In this document: piece by piece, positions 57,604-64,000 of the stretch | How the letters are laid out: each line of letters starts with the position of its first letter | Numbering within the stretch: the first letter of the stretch is position 1 | Assembly (NCBI GenBank): GCA_951406725.2 | Contig: OX597820.1 | Location: 66,402,001-66,466,000, forward strand | Origin: Octopus vulgaris | Lineage: Eukaryota | Direction: 5' to 3' | Length of the DNA stretch: 64,000 bases | The notes under the pieces: generated by a model | What the model saw: the letters and a program-made list of their open reading frames with translations, nothing else | Databases searched by the model: none | Told to the model about the DNA's origin: nothing | Program-made: the position numbers and the translations under genes

Positions 57604-57706
<103 letters not shown>

Positions 57707-58574
57707 CAGTTTGCTCCATGATATCTAACTTATTGATTGTTCTCTTGAAATAATATAAATAAAATAAAAATTTAAAGAATTTTTTTTGTTTTTGTATTGG
57801 TTTCTCTTTGTTTTTATAGTAATTTAAAGAAGGCAAAAAAAACAAAAAAACACATCATTCATGTTCTTATTCTTTTCCGTTCATTACGAATTGTTAATTT
57901 AGTGAATTTTATCTCCTTAATTATGATAAGACTTATTTTAAAATTGTCTCATTTGAAATTACTGCATGATGCGTGTATGTGTATGTGTGTGTGTCGCATT
58001 TGTGTGTGTGTGTGTGTGTGTATGTGTGTGATATAGAATTCCAATTTTTCCTCTCTGTCATCACTAATTAAAAACTTATTTGACAAATTTACGTTTTTTT
58101 TTTATTTGAGGCAATTATGTCTTTGGATTTTTTTAAAATATTTTCTTTTAGTAACTGTTTCCTTTTCTTTCTTCCTCTCTTTCTTTCCTGTCTCAGAATA
58201 TTTTAAAGTAAACTTTTCTCTGTGTGTGTATTGTCTTCGGTATCTTTTGACATATAAGATGGCTATTATTTTGGAACTATTTGACATAATGTTTTAACAG
58301 GTTTATTCATTTATTCACAATTGTTATTATTATTATTATTATTATCATTATTATTATTATCATTATTATTATTGAGTGAGGGAGCAGTGCACACCATCAA
58401 AGTGACACTGGGATACAAATATACGAAGCCTAGTATACCCATCATGACTACCCATCTGATAAGGGTACACCAAGCTCATGCATCACAACCATTTGTGTGT
58501 GACATAGTGATCTCATATCAAGAGTAGCAGCGCATGACCTTGCAGGTGGGACCTGCATATGGTGTGTTAACTGT

Positions 58575-59010
58575 CATGCATGTTCCTTTTTTTTCACCAC
58601 AACAATGTCTGGTCTCCAATGTTTGGTCAGGTAATCACACTGAATCATTGCATCCCACAGGATTTTGCAATTTTCATTCTCAGTAATTCCTTCTGGCATC
58701 TTTGCTCTTTGTAGGCTGTGATTTCCACAAGAGCTCTCAATGGATCATTCTTGTCACATTATCATGTTGTCCTTTGTATTCACATTGTACCAATTTCGGC
58801 CATTCACTAATGATGTGCCATGCCATTTCACCCCTATTGCCACACATTTGTCGCTCTTAATAGTGTTGTTGATTCTGCACTTCACATAGTTAGTCCTTAA
58901 TGCTTGTTCTTGAGCTGCACATATAAGTGCTTCTGTCTCTATCTTCAGGTCGCTCTTCCTCATCTATGACCTGTGGTCTTCTGTATCTATCTTGGTGCTC
59001 GTGTCTCTTG
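58575..59010 (-). mobile_element. R4/Dong-like non-LTR retrotransposon fragment (zinc knuckle + start of RLE domain)
   Basis: LKIETEALICAAQEQALRTNYVKCRI...HDNVTRMIH*EL...ENENCKILWDAMIQCDYLTKHWRPDIVVV. Confidence 0.85.
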
Positions 59011-59534
59011 CAATATTATTTTTATTAATTTGGTGAGCTAGGAGCATCATTCGTCTGTGTCTACATTCTGAGTTCAAATTCTACCAAGGTTAACTTTGTC
59101 TTTCATTCTTTCAGGGTCAAGAAATTAAGTACTACTGTAACACTGGGGTTGATGTAATCAACTAGTCCCCTCTCCCAAAATTTCAAGCCTTGTGCCTTTA
59201 GCAGAAAGGATTATTATCATTATTATTATTATTATTATTATTATTAATTTTATTATTATCATCATCATCATTATAGTGATGGGCCAATCAATGGAATCGT
59301 TAGAGCATTGAAAGACTGAAAATGCCTTGCAGCAATTCTTCTTGCAGCACTTGGCATTTCATCCTTCTTCTCAGTTTCAATTCAGTTCCACCAAGGTTGA
59401 CTTTGCCATTTATGTTTTTGTGGGTCTATGAAATAAGCACCAGCTGAGCACTGGGGATAATGTTACTTACTGGCTTGCACCCTCCCCTGAAATTGCTGTT
59501 CCTTGTGCCAAAATTTGAAAGCATTAATCATTAT

Positions 59535-59572
<38 letters not shown>

Positions 59573-59633
<61 letters not shown>

Positions 59634-59757
59634 CACACAACAGATTAGCCTGTTGGAAAAGAAAAATTCCTAACATCAGGCAACAAGTAAACTTAGATGC
59701 CAAGAACCCTCCTTAGTATCCTTGCTGTCCTTAAGACCACTGTTTTCTGGAGCTGTG

Positions 59758-59760
<3 letters not shown>
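59573..59760 (-). mobile_element. Extreme 3' end of an R4/Dong-like element with (AAT)n tail
   Basis: Minus frame QLQKTVVLRTARILRRVLGI*, a short UTR, then (AAT)n. Confidence 0.7.
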
Positions 59761-59792
<32 letters not shown>

Positions 59793-60922
59793 CCACCATC
59801 ACCACCACCACCACCATCATCAACAAGTCTCTCTTCCTCTTCTTTAGTTCCTTCATTGATTTTTCAGATTATTTAAAAATCAATTTGCATTAGAAGCCCT
59901 CTACGACCTCGAAATCTCTTTAAAGCTGAAAATCCTCCAAGACCTCAATTTATTGGTGTTTGAGTTAATGTTTGTGTCATGCCCTAGTTTCTTTGTCTTG
60001 CACTAACTAATGAAACTGTTCACACAACACGAGAGACACAGAGCTAGTGTGTGTGTGTGTGAGACCATGCATGTGTGTGTATATATGGGTATGCACGCAC
60101 AAGCCATTGATGTGGAGCTTGAGTTCAACTCAAACCAAACAAATCTGTGATCAAAGATATTTCAATCCTAACCATTCTGTCTTTAGTCAGACACAGGTTA
60201 TCTTTAGCCCAATGACAGTGAAAGCCTTTTCTCATGCAGTTTATAAAAATTTCAATTTCTTTAATAGTTTTGTTTTTTTGGATTTCATTTACATATATAC
60301 AAACACATATTTTATGGTTTTATGTAAAGATGGGTAAATAGTTTTATCACTATCATTAAATGTCCACTTTTCCATGCTTGCTTGGTTTGGACGGAATTTT
60401 TCAAGAGGATTTTGTATGACTGGATGCCCTTCATGTTGCCAACCTTTATCTGCTTCCAAACAAGCTAATATTTTCTCTTAGCAACCATGTTTTCCACACG
60501 AAACTGGAAACTAACACCCTCATTCATATGAAGAAGCTAATTTACAACTGACACATCATGTCTAATAATAGTCAAATGAATTGGCTCCTGTACTTTTATT
60601 GTTTTTCAAGCCTGGTACTTATTCTATCGGTTTCTTTTGATGAACCACTAAGTTACAGCAAACGTAAACACACCAAAGCCAAATGTCAAATGTTGATAAG
60701 GTGAAACACAGGCACGAAGACACGCATGTTAACACACACACATGCATTCGCAAACATACACACGCGACTGGTTTCTGTTTTGGGCCATAGTGGAAGATAC
60801 TTGCCGAAGGTGCGACACAGTGAGACTGAACCCTGAACCATGTGGTTGGGAGGCAAACACCTTGCACACACACACACACACACACACTTTCCCAAATATA
60901 CACACAATATATTAACTCCACC

Positions 60923-61078
60923 AACCAGTGTAGTTATAGAGTGTGTGCCTTCGGGGGGGTGTTGGCCCTTCTGTTTGCCCCCCCCCCCCCAAAAAAAAAC
61001 ACATATTGCTTACAGCAGACCCAAAAGTGCTGCCCAGGGCGAACCAGCCCTGTCCCCACCCCCCAGCTACGCTAGTGA
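60923..61078. mobile_element. Putative MITE with degenerate TIRs
   Basis: accagtgtagtt...agctacgctagtg imperfect inverted termini around a GC-rich interior. Confidence 0.35.
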
Positions 61079-61141
61079 CCCACCCTTCCATCTCCGGTGC
61101 CATAGTTTGGTATTGAACCCCTCGACATGCCTACCCTGTAT

Positions 61142-61172
<31 letters not shown>

Positions 61173-61741
61173 CAATTAAATTATAGATGACATTTCACAA
61201 ACAAACCTCAACACCTTTCTGATAACGATGTCGATAGATATATCTTTATTGATGTCATTAAAAATTTTTGCTGTTTTCGATCTTGTTGTTGTTGTTGTTG
61301 TTGTTGTTGTCGTCTTTAGCGGTGTCAATTTCGTTATTGTTGCTGGCCGTCATTGATGTCATTAGCGATATTTTTGTTATTGTTGTTATTAAGGTTGAGG
61401 TGAATATATAAACAGCATTAATTAAATATATAATAAACATGAGCATCATTTAAAGCCACTGCCCCCCCTCCCCACTTTCCATGCCAGACACCACCACCAC
61501 CCTCTCGCTCCCTCCCCCCATGGCATTTCCCCCCCTTTACTTTTTCTTGGCTTTCTGTGTATTTTCTCTCCTTGAACATGTTTCTTTGTCTTTCTTTGGC
61601 TATTCCTATTCTTTCTCTCTCTCTCTTTCTGTACATCAACTATTGTACATCCTGGCTTTCCACATTTCTTACTCTTTCTTTTATATATACATATGTATAT
61701 GTATTTATATATAGGTATGTAAATGTATGTATGTATATGTG

Positions 61742-61780
<39 letters not shown>

Positions 61781-62048
61781 TGTATATATATATATATATA
61801 CACACACACACATGTATATATATACACACATATGTGTGTGTATATATATATATGTGTGTATATATATATATATACACATATGTATGTGTATATATATATA
61901 TATATACACACACATATGTATATGTATATATATACACATGTATACACACACGCACACACACATTTGTATATGTATATATATATATATACACACACATATG
62001 TATATGTATATATATACACATGTATACCCACACACACACACACACATT

Positions 62049-62091
<43 letters not shown>

Positions 62092-62600
62092 CACACACAC
62101 TCCTCTCTCACTTCCTGCTTCCAATCAATGACCACAGAACCTATTGGTTGGTGATTAGTATAAAATGACATTGATAATGATGCTGATGATGGCGGATGAT
62201 GTTGACCTCATTTCTCTGTGGGACTTGGTGTTGTTATTAGATTGAGAATAATTAATTAGTTGGGGCAAGTGGTGGTGATAGCTATGATGATGATGATGAT
62301 GATGATAATGGTGACGCCGCCGATGGTGCTTGTGGTGTTGGTGGTGGTGGCGGTGGTGGTGGTGGTGGTGGTGGTGGTGCCTGTGGTGGTGGTGGCGGTG
62401 GTGTTGGTGGTGGTGGTGTTGGTGGTGGTGGTGGGTGCTATTCTTGTCTTGCCCTAGAAACAAAGACTTGTGTATCAGGTGGAAGTGTGATGTGGAAAAA
62501 AAAAAAACCAATCGATACTCATACCACCACTGCCACCACCACCACCACCACCACCACCTCTGTGAGCACCGCATACAAGCTCAAAGACATTACACGCAGA

Positions 62601-62636
<36 letters not shown>

Positions 62637-63554
62637 CACATGTTTCCATATGCGCACATACATGAGCATAAATAAAACACACACACGACATTCTGTTGTA
62701 GCTATCGTCCCTTGCTGAAGTAATTATCATTTTCATCATCATCATCATTTCTGTCATCACCACCACCACTATCAGCATCATCAGCATCAGCAGCATCATA
62801 ATCATTGTTATCATCACTATTATCAACATCACTAACACCATCATCGTCACCACTATCATCATCATAATCATCATCATCAGTTATCACCACCACTGTCACC
62901 ATCATCATCATCATCACCATCACTAACATCATCTGTAGCTAACAATTTACATTTCAGTTTATATATGTGTGTGTACATGTGTGTATACATGTATGTGTGT
63001 ATATGTGTATGCATGCATGTGTGTATATGGTTGTGCGTGTATGTGTGTATCTAAGATTCTGTATGTGTGTATATATACATATATATATGTATATGTATGT
63101 GTGTGTGTATGTATATGTGCACTTGCAGTGTGCACAAGCACTGCACTAGCACACATTATCATACAAACACCAAACCTAATTAATATTAGAGTACGCAGCA
63201 TTTGTGGATAATCTAAGATTATTTTTCAATAAAAATGAAAATTGAATGTTTATCAAAAAAATACACTTTACGTTGCATTTCAGATTAAACACATAAAAAC
63301 ACACACACACACACCTACATTTATACATATTTACTTACATACATATATATATATATTCATACATTCATAAATATATATATATATTCATACATAAACACAC
63401 ACAGACACACATATATACGTATATATACACATGTACACACACGCACGTACACATACATACAGACATACATACATAAATTCATACATTCATAAATATATAC
63501 ATTTGTACATAAACACACACAGACACACATATATATATATGTATATATACACAT

Positions 63555-63587
<33 letters not shown>

Positions 63588-63883
63588 CATTCACATATAT
63601 ATATACATATATGCATACATTTGCACAGAGGAAAACAGAGAGAGAAAGGTTCAGAGTTTTACCAATTTATAAAGATAATTTTTGGAGAAACTCTGAAGTA
63701 AAATGTCAACTTCTTTATAAAAAAATATTTGACCCTATTTCTTGTATTGTGTGCATTGTTTGAACTAATAACATTTATTGTTTTCATACAATTTAGAACA
63801 CTTATCTTAATCTTTATACTGAAGTGTGTGCATGTGCATGTGTGTGTGTGTGTGTACATTTTATTTTTAGTCCAATTTATGTG

Positions 63884-64000
63884 GTTTGTGCCTGATGAAT
63901 ATGTTTGAGGTATTTCTCAACATCTGAAACTATTAGAAGCTCTTAAAAACATGTATTGTGTCTATTAAATAATAATTATCTCTCACCAGATGGCGTACTT
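63884..64000 (+). ncRNA. Degenerate hammerhead-like motif in a pLTR-type repeat related to 1931-2183
   Basis: GTGC-CTGATGA-atatgtttgag-gtattt-ctcaacatct-GAAAC-TATTA-GAA-GCTC. The downstream ttatctctcaccagatgg is shared with 2125-2141. Confidence 0.5.

Overview
AT-rich animal genomic DNA, saturated with microsatellites ((TA)n, (CA)n, (GATA)n, (TAA)n, (CAC)n). The repeat style and SINE families suggest an octopus or other coleoid cephalopod (inference). The one clear host coding feature is the large first coding exon of a dachsous (ds/DCHS) cadherin on the + strand. Its acceptor is at 21448/21449, ATG at 21476 and GTAAGT donor at 23207. It encodes 577 aa (signal peptide, EC1-EC5 and the start of EC6) and is followed by an intron of more than 40 kb. 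The rest is repeat debris: several SINE families, RTE, CR1-like, R4/Dong-like and HERO-like LINE fragments, a decayed Gypsy integrase with two related LTRs, a Helitron end, and hAT and TTAA-type MITEs. The main surprises are four. (1) At least six small hammerhead-ribozyme-like motifs of Penelope-like-element type, including natural G3-C8, U3-A8 and C3-G8 core variants, two of them in foldback inverted repeats. (2) A coding-looking candidate exon upstream of ds that would form an in-frame uORF ending 9 nt before the ds ATG. (3) Four-jointed kinase consensus serines at the starts of EC3 and EC6. (4) A CpG-decay contrast between upstream and intronic SINE copies, suggesting gene-body methylation. 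All calls were made by eye; no searches were run.
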